64,000 nt of DNA from a virus. Numbering within the stretch: the first letter of the stretch is position 1; the number at the start of each line of letters is the position of its first letter. Shown here in pieces: positions 21,801-27,041 of this stretch. The stretch spans positions 64,001 through 128,000 of IMG/VR virus record IMGVR_UViG_3300036861_000610; one strand, given 5' to 3'. A program made the translations under genes and the position numbers. The notes beneath the pieces are model-generated. The model was not told where the DNA came from and ran no database searches. It worked only from the letters and a program-made list of their open reading frames with translations.

Positions 21801-23882
21801 CCACGGCTGCGCCAGGCTGAAACGGAACCCACTGTCCTCACCGGCCAGCAGGGTCGGATCACCAGCGACATGGGTCCACGCATCAACACCGGCCCCGAAG
21901 GCATCCCCGCGAGGGACTACACCCTGCGATCCGGGTACCACGTCGACAACGGCACGTTCTACCGCATCGACAAAATCCCGTACCTTATCGAGCACGACGA
22001 CACTCCCGAAGGAAAGGCCTACGCTGACGGAGTCCAGAAAGCCCTGCAAGCTCACCGCGTATCCCTGCCGCTGGAACGACGTCGACTGCAACGCTCCTAC
22101 GCCTGGGTCCGCGGCCGGAACCCAAAGGACGTGGAGGCAGCTCACCGCCGTGGCCTCAATCCGGACAAATGGTTGAGTGACGCAACCTCCGACAGTATGG
22201 GCGGGATCACGGTCTACAACCGAGACGAGTTCGGCTTCGAAGGCGTCGACCAGACCTTGGACCATGAGTTCGCGCACAGCTTCGATCACGCCGACACCCA
22301 GGCTGGCCTCGTGGGGGCAAGTTCGCCGGAGTGGCTTGACGCAGCGGCCTCCGACAACGTGCACCGCGCGACCCTGTCCGATGTCACCTTCGACCAGGGG
22401 CCGGGCGCCAACAGCACCATCCGACTGGAAAAGGCCAAGCCCCACCCTGAAATCGAAGGCCACTTCCCAGACGGTGCAACCGACTACGCTCTTGTCGACT
22501 CCGCCGAAGACTTCGCCGAAGCTTTCCGCCTCTACCGCGCCGGTCCAATCGGCAAGGGGCGACGCACCAAGGGTGGACCTATTGAGCCACTGTGGTTCCG
22601 GGATGTTTTCCCGGCCCGTGCCGCCATCTTCGACGAAAAGCTTCCCGACTTTGCCGAGCGACAGTTGCGTCAGATCGAGCAGGCCCGCGGCGGGGACCTG
22701 TCGACGGCGCAACGGCGGGCACTGATCCGGAAGCTGATCAAGGAGCGTGACAACAGCGAGCGCAGCATCGCCTTCCGGGAGCTGGCCAAGAGCGCGCCAC
22801 CAGAACGGGCTCGACGCCGCCCGGCGCCCGAGCCGGCGCCAGTTCAACCCACGAGGCGTAGATCTCTTCGCTCTCCATCTTCATCTCAATCGCCATCATC
22901 GGCTCGACCGGCCGGCAGGACTGCTAGCGAGCGTCAAGAGATTGAAGACCTGATCCGTGGAGAATCCACCGATCGCGTCCCTCGTGCACGGGTCCGCGAC
23001 GGTCGACTCACTGGCCGAGTCGGAATTCTCGACCGGCTAAACGAGACTCTTCGTGCCGATACTGGGCCCGAAGGCATCCTGGTCCATGACCTGGAGCTGC
23101 AAAATATCAATGGCTATAAGGTTCGCAATGGACGTGCGTGGCGGTTCAATGGCGTTACCTATCTACTTGAGGATGGAGCCGACCCGGTAAAATCCGCGGA
23201 GCTAATGGACGCCATTTATGCCGAACACAATGCCCTGCCGGCCGAGATGCGTGGATTCCAGCGCGCCTACGCGCTGCTTCAGCACCCAGACGCGACGGAC
23301 GCATACGAGGACGCTAAGGCGCGAATGGAGGCGCGCAGACTCGGTAACCCTCGTCCTAAGCCGAGCACCTGGCAAACATTGGCAGCGGCACGTGGCGGCG
23401 ACATCTACATTTTCCGGTTGGGTGAACCGGCCACTCAACTGACACCAATTGATCGAGTTACAAAAACGGTGCGCCACGAGGGGGGTCACAACCTCGACAA
23501 TCAGGGTCACGACAGCGGGCTTGGGCCGATTTCGTCGTCTTCAAGTTGGTCGGCCGCAACTCGACCAACCGCGCAGCCAGTGTTCGACTTCGACCAAAAC
23601 GATCGAGGCTCGATTTCGCCAATAAGATTTGCGCCAAATGATGACGCGCCATTCCCGGGCGGCGTAACCAACTACGGCACTGCAAGCCCCTCAGAGGACT
23701 TCGCCGAGGCGGTCGCCCTGTATACCGCAGGCATCATCGGCCGTGGCCGACTCACCGAAAACGGTCCCATAGTGGACATCTATTTCCGAGACCTGTTCCC
23801 GGAGCGAGCCGCCGAGCTGGACCGATACATGCCGAACTTCGGCGCTGACCAGATGGCCTCCATCCGGAGACTGCGAAGCTAG
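3831..23882 (+). CDS. Giant 6,683-aa polyvalent, probably virion-internal protein (degenerate ART, H1-like repeats, 2 GrpE-like, 3 zincin domains)
   Basis: Uninterrupted 20-kb ORF between the protease and capsid genes; HELGH, HEFAH and HEGGH each followed by EDFAE; AKKAAPAKK tracts. Confidence 0.9.
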   Translation: MAIDLGRWKPELHPRDSKGRFRDKWGLSPKAMADVDRLLAAFTHTPPLRSNAHAASFLRQQAPKRSERQKAVLKKFLTREGNENIQSTLRAGDKDTPDIKDLRGMMVPLEHDLILSRVVGPDAFGLRAEDMDGVEEWSGQRMMDPGFSPMNIGDAYQIAGPHIEMRVLVPRGTPAIIVGADGNSDADSRTVILPDGLAVQNIKIQSDGRGGWYAMSVVGSQQGVGKSPQALAGRPLKATEKAPAIDATPDELERRGISPEEAGIPAPQEQPGRFGPTTPSPGAGQRVLPQAAPGPEPAGPSIPNPAAGGVRKATPIPADEVPLGAGKVVGPDTEITPRKKITPRPSNQVVDEDVAQAADAKKVAAAADREAKAREARRVAAEKVVADREARMERERAEIAAERAQVSEQKTQIIDQQQKLLETLIAQQGGGEGGGTRAADLTPAQKKAVKGRVRPEGTTDEDRRQQELVRQIDAEEAAAAAQPAKKGIKKAAKAAPEAASEAAPEPAKTAKKVAKKAAPRVNHVGTQIRKDKFKNLQAGDVVEVPPRNGRPARQATVDFVDRDGNIHFTDNSTITGDVGTIRVVSQGTLKPTPAVRARMQRASDRAAAGLTPNETLLAVAAGKITPEQAAKNLENKLMDARKLQLQLGDFAPPELAKAIEGIEKVVRELRAQEAPSPEAAKKTTAAMKRAAKKIAADREAGGEEVPLEAVRETPATKRAAAKAARSIKKAASTPGPELLDETRPDAENINEVRQAKSLADINAIAATHKIQIPKSVGRREDRRAFLEKALAMRDGESKADYDARIEGLGAPAKKAVNPLVNARQRLKAGEDPAAVARSLRSRANALDRSLRVEGAPGADSDWRKRTEQRVTAMRKMIAELEGTPEAPAAKKAATKVAKAAPAKKVAAKVAKAAPEKKAVPAKRALPDREAQDADAKLQDYAEELNKTLTPAQKSQLDKANLSNTTTRQYYESRRSGDSHAKALRGAKAEQARLREQFEKENAPIVPGSAKKAAKKVAPEKAAPAKVAAKAIKKATPARVAEKPVITRATPVSKMDDDAVVAEAAKIEGAPETPRQRAIARRAALINTRRERVQAREQVQAARTAEAEARKATAAAKKEAAAARLDAANARKEAAAAKKAAAAAKKAAPEKKVAKAPAKKVVKAAPEKKAVPAKAPAKKVAAKAAPEKAAPAKKVAKAAPAKAAKAATEKPVITRKATTKAAAPEAPPAKAAPTAAPGTAARRITALRAVPGTRVMVAKRSDGSYGSAPRKTGAIPIEVTALDRVGGGRGGRSRLRITGTDPDGNQVQLDVSPSQTFPLEAAPAKKAAKAIKKAVPAKAAPERPVKVLRKSAAKKAPASAFDRADVMSRLQNFENPPSRKDATSLLEPASRADLLAMAKEISIPGASRKTSPELRREVVEATAGRRLDSIAIRGFRGERPGEAGVPEERAVRRAKPEAPVAKKVTPAAKKVAKAAPVKKVAAKATPEKTAPAKKVTKAAPEKPVITRKATTKAAPTKAATPAKKVAAKKVAPAPKQSLAEYTEQTRAGMGPLHEKQVHGLRSGLSESSVEEYYKRRQAGETHTAALRHAHVAQGKVNAERAKERAKINKESVAKLTGEQRAALVEFRDSHVDGLNSRQASQVRKLATGNDEVYWARRRAGAEHLEAMKGLGEAPAAKKVAKAAKKAIPEVPAAAKKAPAKAIKKAAPEKPFDFTRATTDEIEAAVEDGRLKTIGDSNRINFKASAIDRASRDLGRDDAAEVKRLRDLARRVSEVAQPSTEEQEENARRFKKSQQRNALIAKRLSDRGITSPSLDEMRAEALLIDAEEKAASAKAVRAPAKAIKKAAPERPVITRAAAKKAAATEAPTKVALKRKGPGTRPAPTDEQIREAMTPRMKQQFEGLDDAGTAKYLESRRSGENHTASLREAKKVAAPAAKKVPAKAIKKAAPEKPVITRATPVSKMDDDAVIAEAAKIEGAPATPRERAISRKAGLINARRERAAAKAAKAAAPAKAAKAPAKKAVTALAEPKKPMAGYRDTGEIVPEANREGLHVSPQKWGGYGVYDGKQSRVEADYKTEATARRRVRELQAGDTVKAIIPKERTARQKAADKKEADRQNALARAAGRGPEVEAPAAKKAPAKAIKKSAPEKVTPAKATKVAKAAPAKEAVAKTVPEKATVAKAAPGKPVIKRASKKATATRGITEAEKKAPPAKVGAARPEAAAATVRPVDSWSPGDGMDTSLYLSLQQSLGKAKLGNLNTLDRETRVSARHQNVPAAYQALRADLAGSPDLQSRLDRWYRGTFKPAGKGDDLTRPRMRPAVKAAEATKATRTPRKVVPSTPAADAKIRATLAKLKPQGKEDVLASMTPEQRKAVEEAVDRADARLAARKATKAAKAVAPEVSTPTAAKKTATAKKVAKAAPEKPTVKRAAKKVAAQAEAPAAAPAKKAARPLIKRQGKAVTAAEARKESALEAVRGHDMGRRTDNETLGQYRVIERNLQSGDYTPVQAKGAARREAQLWRRQARAIEADKGLSADEKLTGRSRALSAGENYDKLADAIAESQTRDRIEAKRFGEAPAAAPSKRVAKAAPTKAAAKAAPEKPVIKRAAKKTAPEAPLTDREARAAQRAGRTPAPETAKQKAAKAEIARKAKATQARIEAERKADDKAHAAFFRPILKDAGVKDSELSDLDRTGLRVVGDKLRDGKISKATAARRLRTDREDSPLNKIADAIEAKPRKAAVKKAAPEAPTKAAKAPAKAVKKTVPATATAEKKPTITRRVKKVAPAEAPAAKKAETPAKKVAAPTKAATKTVPAKKAAPIKKTATKAAPAKATAKLTRKPTDVDQKTIDSLNNDQISQINDLSPDSQDAYWARRNRGIGHDSAWRSVPKGDIEALRRPSQPGREGEARPVGNAESVEALRRPTITRSGTGSRRLTEDEKDDVLRQAADAKTANPNWPVTREDRDLAREAAEIQEARASTGRAVKATKKVAPKEVVKKVAPNVIKTRERRAKQYDEAVGDVPGERGGLLRSTKKALAEGEPAATAKDRLSKRAESLRTQAELLREKGDSDFVGDEITKLERDADTYQRAADLAGKKVPTIKKAVKPGEKVAVKDLTDGDVAILDGKRGTFRQPRPRTTFIEFPDGSQEKVQKSRLAQMVRDKKLQLLGGDHRANAPEGGAPEAPAAKKARPSIKRAPATAAADAPGNARDRKRLDATGNRDAVKARADELVQDGKTSPAAWRQALDEAEAPEERSTRRRLTGPVGGEGNVDTSLESRRARRAVSRGVTTPGGESQVVPLKRAAKKATPEAAAPEKPVIERAAKKVAAPEVAELAKATKAAAAKKSVKKATPEAPTKAVKKAVPAKKAAPEAPAAAKKAPAKAIKKAAPEKPVIKRAAKKVAAAPAPVKAVPAKRAPIKKAAPETPAAAAERRLTPRLSELQQRQVEGMSPAGARKYWERRAEGNDHADAVAGIPHRRPIGTRSGPLAGPARSHDAHTQRAMEGLDKFQSSLSEPQAAQLDETLGLHKTAAARRKAKLDYWANRGAGDSHTAALKKVTPEGADTPKAVRPTITRAAAKKAEAGPPSRKAVSELRASERNAKYGPDGPSHIDLSRVGEGIDLGDDQSILDEAQAKLNRGETPRMVAKGLDDHANGILTHGIYVHGAYQAREKTGIPEIDAGKPARAAENEAELKKYRDRSDRLKELAEKLRGTRRPVARKATTAAPAKAAKAAPIKAAPTKRVAGQRRVSPWDPIPVFRDGGESGLRDRLSELDTEQLKDMIAAGGMDSSGLAAKWRSRDRLTNLIVDRVQGRATKGRAFRPEPATKVAKAPARSIKKATPAVAETPAVKKAVKAVKKTAAEVAPEAPAKKTAAAKKAARKTIPEKLPTGAADLVRLGKEHGILGADELSPEALRDALTAKRKDPNLVPIASELIPQEIRDASPEKLRAIAKVGGFELEGDTADELRLDLIRKAITSAARERLEGRSARKKAAPAKAIKKATPTKAPAKAATKAVPAAKKVAAKAVEKPVIKRAAKKVTPPEERSRIRTAAPETKNAMDVNVGDVIRLPQDQRLREPGEVVRVQRMGRIVRITRDDGKVAQLLPRSKVELAELPNNQDRVARRAGLPTSEERAVRRATPEGPATPAKKTATAPAKKAAAAPTKKAAPAKATPVAAKKATAPAKAAPTKAAPAKKVAAKKAVEPAEKFLPPLADGTQRKSLTNVKVGDTIRVGNNPGDLGVPQRVTKVERDGNDVKITRADGSVMRGSPNTAVWMGDTLRPGERSGSKATRPTITRAAKKAAPEAGAPEATPAKKAIRKATPAKTTAARKELDENQVGSTPARNMVKDANRDLSRGDSRQEVADRLRGNAEELRSGDPLTSSDMPDRIDRSDADMREIALIDARRLDSLADDVERGPAAPAKKTIRKAPAKKATATPTGTKSSPELDTMQRDRERLNNRIRRYENKRNTEGEPGSVEKRLIGERDALDTKILAEKERLNPDGLERVEGRELYDLARTNDVSTFLTPDMVRDELRKKGIKAPAKKAGVRKVSAAKKAAPEAPEAPAAKKARPTITRAADRKAFPEAPGNLKDKRRLDNVKDDDKAAVRTRATELRDNDKKTPAAAWKQALDEHEAEKARRDMEVLQRGGYRDDGQVPAKKTAATKRAPAKVIQLAPKSTPTDENDKIGQVIDDLNAKKITKKTAVKRLRDEGTIEANDLADGLEGKEIGAGRAAKAAAKAAKKATPKAATAVPYSRVQTGDKASWTDADGNKVSGTVQRMPRGVWVDWESGRRERISSRPGHNGVTFERGNAPEKPVIKRATKAAAPTKAAPERPVIKRATKKAAPEAPTPAAEAERKLSPRLLPGQRRQLEAMTPADREKYWARRADGANHADAIGGDARAQRALDGKERFEARLNDRQKGQVNDLPSEEQTDYWNHRESGDSHTAAFRKVSMARRAGAAEKSTPAAAKKAEPAAVAKKTPAKPTITRAAKKTAAPEAPVKATKAAEAPAAPARSRTKFTPSQVELLRRIEKGHIDADADLSTQEKRDLNRLSRHGLVRTDMVQKGQKKVARNTISADGRDELKKIDAPAPAKKTAAKTAAKATPEAPAKKAAAPAKKAATPAKKATTPTTPVKTATSKVTEPTDAATTARDRLAGRQKEARIRKATGAVDLAANMLNAAEAFRNGDNPDGFKRTVRQDLQGKTPGDLKNPRDTHAAGWEALKKAMGPESEWDTPEKLDVRLRSALQDMGIRVDNNYGDRLTFDPDTMNAFDGANIGPGDEVTVVRPGLSYRDKDGTLHVLRPPTVTRRRGGDTDTGPLAPDGGPPPRKAVPATSRPRIHNGSARYDQDGNLVGSTSKGAQFRLDQIIDVNDPDFPDDGIPVRGFRAHGYDVKEGRLTRHDGVLYLTEEGDGPKDKEHRERTLKQVQEWQDSLPENEKKYVKSISSFSGNSPGDSYWQQRRGLQDMVASASAGNGEISIWRHGGDYGHGSNPATLDHELGHLIDDRYQYSGDGRWEHAGQSDNIGLKGRAPGFSGFNRLSDEEADTGGRDTYRYGISRYGTSDTGEDFAEAYSAYKRGWVGTIDDPDNPGRRRKVHFRELYPARAAIFDGLFPERGVAQRREIAEYMARDPDLRELTDFHEDFLAQGLLHKKTLPELRAIAKKVGRSKYGATREGLMRHILEGTRGPQYRPRSGMYDTLKRLGTRDAAQERMKAYSPSLLRELLHELDVESPGRRRSREEKTTAILDKLYPQAPAPAKKAVAKEAAAPAAKAVKKAAPAKLTPARLRRAQHAAAEELAKTAADLEENIDKGASDRALLQLVRTRLARLKIKDVGDEYVWQRPGGDVRLESDLTPTEDADILSARRLAGLGRAVQQNINDRSAMRTAIRKNLAEHELTPIGAAGDKVKYDPAIHQPMRSLPKGTAVQVVHPGYQWRTPEGTSETILRPLVMEAPSPRKVTGAAKPTIKRAAKKAAPSAKAAPEKPTIKRAAKKAAPTERPRLRQAETEPTVLTGQQGRITSDMGPRINTGPEGIPARDYTLRSGYHVDNGTFYRIDKIPYLIEHDDTPEGKAYADGVQKALQAHRVSLPLERRRLQRSYAWVRGRNPKDVEAAHRRGLNPDKWLSDATSDSMGGITVYNRDEFGFEGVDQTLDHEFAHSFDHADTQAGLVGASSPEWLDAAASDNVHRATLSDVTFDQGPGANSTIRLEKAKPHPEIEGHFPDGATDYALVDSAEDFAEAFRLYRAGPIGKGRRTKGGPIEPLWFRDVFPARAAIFDEKLPDFAERQLRQIEQARGGDLSTAQRRALIRKLIKERDNSERSIAFRELAKSAPPERARRRPAPEPAPVQPTRRRSLRSPSSSQSPSSARPAGRTASERQEIEDLIRGESTDRVPRARVRDGRLTGRVGILDRLNETLRADTGPEGILVHDLELQNINGYKVRNGRAWRFNGVTYLLEDGADPVKSAELMDAIYAEHNALPAEMRGFQRAYALLQHPDATDAYEDAKARMEARRLGNPRPKPSTWQTLAAARGGDIYIFRLGEPATQLTPIDRVTKTVRHEGGHNLDNQGHDSGLGPISSSSSWSAATRPTAQPVFDFDQNDRGSISPIRFAPNDDAPFPGGVTNYGTASPSEDFAEAVALYTAGIIGRGRLTENGPIVDIYFRDLFPERAAELDRYMPNFGADQMASIRRLRS
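5270..19230 (+). repeat. Dispersed low-complexity K/A/P (histone H1/HupB-tail-like) coding repeats
   Basis: Many GCCAAGAAGGC-like units encoding AKKAAP/PAKKVAK; an internal ~50-aa duplication at ~6951-7103 vs ~9672-9823. Confidence 0.9.
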
Positions 23883-24046
23883 GCAGCGTCCTTGCGCCGC
23901 ATAATGGTGCGTTCGACGCCGCCCCCTTTGAGGACAGTCACGACCTCGGCGGTGACAGCTTCGTCCTTGTTGGTGGTGGGGGTGCCATCAGCCTTATGCC
24001 AGGTGATGGTCTCGCTCTCAACGCCCTCGGGCAGTTCGTCGGCCAT
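23879..24046 (-). CDS. 55-aa small protein (absent from ORF track), candidate inhibitor/immunity partner of the giant protein
   Basis: Manual translation: MADELPEGVESETITWHKADGTPTTNKDEAVTAEVVTVLKGGGVERTIMRRKDAA*. Its stop overlaps the giant gene's stop; GC-ending codons dominate. Confidence 0.6.
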   Translation of the reverse strand: MADELPEGVESETITWHKADGTPTTNKDEAVTAEVVTVLKGGGVERTIMRRKDAA

Positions 24047-24133
24047 GCGGCAAGTATCGCACTACGCCACGCTTGCCCTCTACGTCAAGGTGATCTACAA
24101 AGTAACTATCAGTTCCAGGAGAGGGAGCGAAGG

Positions 24134-24289
24134 ATGGCTTGCGGATGTGGGAAAAGCAGCGGAGAGCCCGCTGAGACCTATGTGGTTCGTAAGGCTAACG
24201 GCCAGACCGAGGAGGTCACCTCGAAGGTCGCGGCCGATATTTTGGTGACCAAGTACGGCGGCACATACAGCGTGCAGCGAAAGAAGTAA
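24134..24289 (+). CDS. Small MACGCG-type actinophage protein preceding the capsid gene
   Basis: GGGAG RBS then MACGCGKSSG...; similar short proteins precede capsid genes in actinophages. Confidence 0.7.
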   Translation: MACGCGKSSGEPAETYVVRKANGQTEEVTSKVAADILVTKYGGTYSVQRKK

Positions 24290-24300
24290 CACGGCAATAC

Positions 24301-24330
24301 TGGACAAGAAGTCAATCTCCGACTTATCAT
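24301..24330 (+). promoter_or_regulatory. SigA/HrdB-like promoter upstream of the major capsid gene
   Basis: TGGACA-N18-TATCAT in an intergenic gap. Confidence 0.5.
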
Positions 24331-24431
24331 CCAGCTAGATCTACAAAATCTCATTCTTCAGGGCAGCGCTGTGAGCCTCCTGGGGACTAAGGACTGTGCG
24401 TCCTTCTTCCTTCCCAAGAGAGGTTCCAGCT

Positions 24432-26138
24432 GTGGAATTCGAGATTCCCGAGGTCAGTGACCTGCCTCGGTTCACCCTCCAGGCGCTGCGCGATCTTGGC
24501 CTTGAGGCCGCTGCCGCATATGACGCCCTCCGCGAGGTCCTGACCCCGGAGACCGCTTCCGACGAAGACCTCGACGACCTGGAAGACCTGAAGAGCTTCA
24601 TGGTCCTGGTCGACGACGAGATGACTCAGCGCCGCGAGCGCCAGTCTCGCTTCAACGCCCTCCCCACCGCCCTCAAGGCTGAGGACGACATGGAGGACGA
24701 AGAGGCTGAGGCCGAGGAAGCCGCCGCTGAGGCCGGCGCCTCTCCTGACGCCAAGGTCAAGCCGCAGTCGCGTGGAGCCAAGGGCACCGACACGACCTAT
24801 GCGGTCGACACCCGGACCCCGTCGCTGGCGGACATCGCCAACAACTCCAACAGCAACGTGATCGAAGGCATCGTGGAAAACGGCGAGGACAACAAGCCGC
24901 AGTTCAAGATCCTCGCCGCGGCCGACACCGGATTCTCCACCGGCCAGGTCCTCGACGGCTGGCTCGACGTGGCCAAGGCTTTCGTCGCCCGCAGCCGCAC
25001 TCACGGTGGCGGCACCGCCCAGCAGTCCACCGTTGCCACGATCCGGCGCGAGTTCGGCAACGACTTCGCCGTGTCTGACGGCGACGACGACGTGACCATC
25101 GCGCAGAAGATGGACTTCGTCCGCGACGAGTCCCGCCTGCCTGGTGGAAGCCTGCTGGCCGGCACCGGCTGGTGTGCTCCGTCCGAGACGATCTACACCA
25201 CCTGCAACGAGATCACCACCGACGGACTCCTGTCCGTGCCTGAGATTGGCGCCCGTCGCGGTGGCATCCGGCACAACCAGGGCATCCAGTTCGACACCAT
25301 CTTCGGCAGCGGCACGGGCTTCAACATCTTGACTGAGGCCCAGGTCATTGCAGACACAACGAAGACCTGTGTCGCAATCCCGTGCCCCAGCTTCGTGGAT
25401 GACCGGCTCAAGGTTGCGGCCCTCTGCCTCACCGGTGACATCCTGCAGAACCGGGGCTACCCCGAGTTCGTCTCGACCTTCGTGCAAGGGGCCATTGCTG
25501 CGCAAGCCCACAATGTCAACCGTCAGATCATCGCCGACATTGTCACCGACTCGACCGCGGTTGACATGACGGCCTGCCAGCCGTGGGTTTCGGACGGTTC
25601 GGTTGTCTCGCAGCTGATGAGTGCCATCGACACCGCAATTCTCGACATCCAGTACCGCCTGCGTCTGCAGCGCAACCAGACCGTCGAAATCATCCTGCCG
25701 TACTGGGTGAAGGGCCAGCTCCGCGCTGACTGGATCCGCCGCAACGGCCCGATGGACCCGGACCTGACCGACGCCATGGTCGACGGCCTGCTTCGGACCC
25801 GCAACGCGCGGGCCCAGTGGGTCTACGACTGGCAGGACTCGTTCACCTCGACTGGTGTTTCTGGTGGTCCGTTCCCCGGTTCGGACACCCCGATCTGTGC
25901 TCTGCCGACCCAGGTCCGTTTCCTGGCCTACCCTGCGGGCACGTGGGTTGTCGCTCGGCAGGACGTTATCCGCTTGGACACCATCTACGACTCAGTCAAC
26001 TTGGCCACTAACAAGGTGACTCAGTTGTTCTTGGAGGACGGTTTCCGGGCGATGCGCTTCTGCCCGATCAGCCGCGTCTACACCATCAACATCTGCTCGA
26101 ACGGCTCGACCGGCATCCAGCGCGCAGTTACCTGCTAA
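24432..26138 (+). CDS. Major capsid protein (hexamer type, N-terminal scaffold-like region)
   Basis: GWCAPSETIY, PEIGARRGGI, CPSFVDDRL and L..IYDS motifs of cluster-B-like actinophage capsids; followed by a strong terminator. Confidence 0.85.
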   Translation: MEFEIPEVSDLPRFTLQALRDLGLEAAAAYDALREVLTPETASDEDLDDLEDLKSFMVLVDDEMTQRRERQSRFNALPTALKAEDDMEDEEAEAEEAAAEAGASPDAKVKPQSRGAKGTDTTYAVDTRTPSLADIANNSNSNVIEGIVENGEDNKPQFKILAAADTGFSTGQVLDGWLDVAKAFVARSRTHGGGTAQQSTVATIRREFGNDFAVSDGDDDVTIAQKMDFVRDESRLPGGSLLAGTGWCAPSETIYTTCNEITTDGLLSVPEIGARRGGIRHNQGIQFDTIFGSGTGFNILTEAQVIADTTKTCVAIPCPSFVDDRLKVAALCLTGDILQNRGYPEFVSTFVQGAIAAQAHNVNRQIIADIVTDSTAVDMTACQPWVSDGSVVSQLMSAIDTAILDIQYRLRLQRNQTVEIILPYWVKGQLRADWIRRNGPMDPDLTDAMVDGLLRTRNARAQWVYDWQDSFTSTGVSGGPFPGSDTPICALPTQVRFLAYPAGTWVVARQDVIRLDTIYDSVNLATNKVTQLFLEDGFRAMRFCPISRVYTINICSNGSTGIQRAVTC

Positions 26139-26148
26139 GAGGCTCAGT

Positions 26149-26179
26149 AAGGGGCTGGGTCTTTCGACCCAGCCCCTTT
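26149..26179 (+). terminator. Intrinsic terminator after the capsid gene
   Basis: AGGGGCTGGGTC-TTTC-GACCCAGCCCCT-TT perfect hairpin. Confidence 0.85.
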
Positions 26180-26201
26180 GACCTCGAAAGGGGGTGAAGG
26201 C

Positions 26202-27041
26202 ATGGCAAGTCTGACCGGTCCGCTTTATGTCCCGCCGCCGAATCCAATCGTTCCGCGGTACGGGCTGTTCAACGTCGCCAACGGACCCGTTGACCTTCCC
26301 ATTAACGCCCGCATCGGTGGCCTGCAGTACCAGATTTCGACGTGCAACCTTCCCCTTGAATACGAGGTGGAATGCCAGGACGCGCACAACACCAAGGTCA
26401 TTACCTCTGGCGTTACGACCGTCACCGGCGCGCCGTTCATCGTCTATTCGGCCATTCAATGCGGCACCGTCGGCCTGGTCGACTTCGGCCAGGAGCAGGT
26501 TAAGCGCTACCTGTACGACCAGCTCATTGCTGGCGAGCAGGCCACTGTCGAAAGCATCTTCTCGCAGGGCCTCGTCGGCCAGTTCCCGTCGCTGCAGACC
26601 GGCGCCGTTTCCCTGGGTGCTGCCCAGGGGCCAGTGCAGGCCGTCAGCATGCTGGAGGACTGGATTTACGCCCGGTTCGGGTCCAGGGCCGTTATCCATG
26701 CCCCGATGGAGGCCGCGGCCTACTTCAAGGCCGCACACCTGATTGAGCCTGACGGCAACGTCAATGCAGGTGGCGTCTGGCGCACGGACGTCGGTACAGC
26801 AGTCAGTTTTGGCAACTACGCAGGCGTGGGGCCAACTGGACAGGCCGGTACATGGATCTATGTCACGGGACCGCTCACCATTTGGCGCACCCCAGACACT
26901 GAACTGTTTGTGCCACCCATGGGTCAGGTCATTAACCGAACCACCAACGTCTTGACCATCGTCATGGAGCGGGAGTACGTGCTCGCCTTCGACTGCTATT
27001 CGGCGGCCGTAAACGTAACCCTCAATACGGTGGACCGATAA
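26202..27041 (+). CDS. Second capsid protein (pentamer-type/minor capsid)
   Basis: PRYGLF, PFIVYSAIQC, L..GEQ..VE, AVIHAP and TGPLTIWR motifs; directly after the capsid gene as in cluster B-type heads. Confidence 0.7.
   Translation: MASLTGPLYVPPPNPIVPRYGLFNVANGPVDLPINARIGGLQYQISTCNLPLEYEVECQDAHNTKVITSGVTTVTGAPFIVYSAIQCGTVGLVDFGQEQVKRYLYDQLIAGEQATVESIFSQGLVGQFPSLQTGAVSLGAAQGPVQAVSMLEDWIYARFGSRAVIHAPMEAAAYFKAAHLIEPDGNVNAGGVWRTDVGTAVSFGNYAGVGPTGQAGTWIYVTGPLTIWRTPDTELFVPPMGQVINRTTNVLTIVMEREYVLAFDCYSAAVNVTLNTVDR

Noticed and set aside
4692-22847. Long antisense and alternate-frame ORFs (e.g. 9318-12737, 15942-17702)
   Set aside because: Shadows of a high-GC, K/A/P-biased gene; the translations are L/G/R or A/F low-complexity with no motifs or RBS.
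3831-23882. Giant ORF as tape measure or tail fibre
   Set aside because: It lies in the head module, is basic and disordered, and a conventional tape measure exists at 32323-34449.
24335-24430. Structured ncRNA/riboswitch in the capsid leader
   Set aside because: Only short imperfect stems are visible; cannot be supported without covariation analysis.
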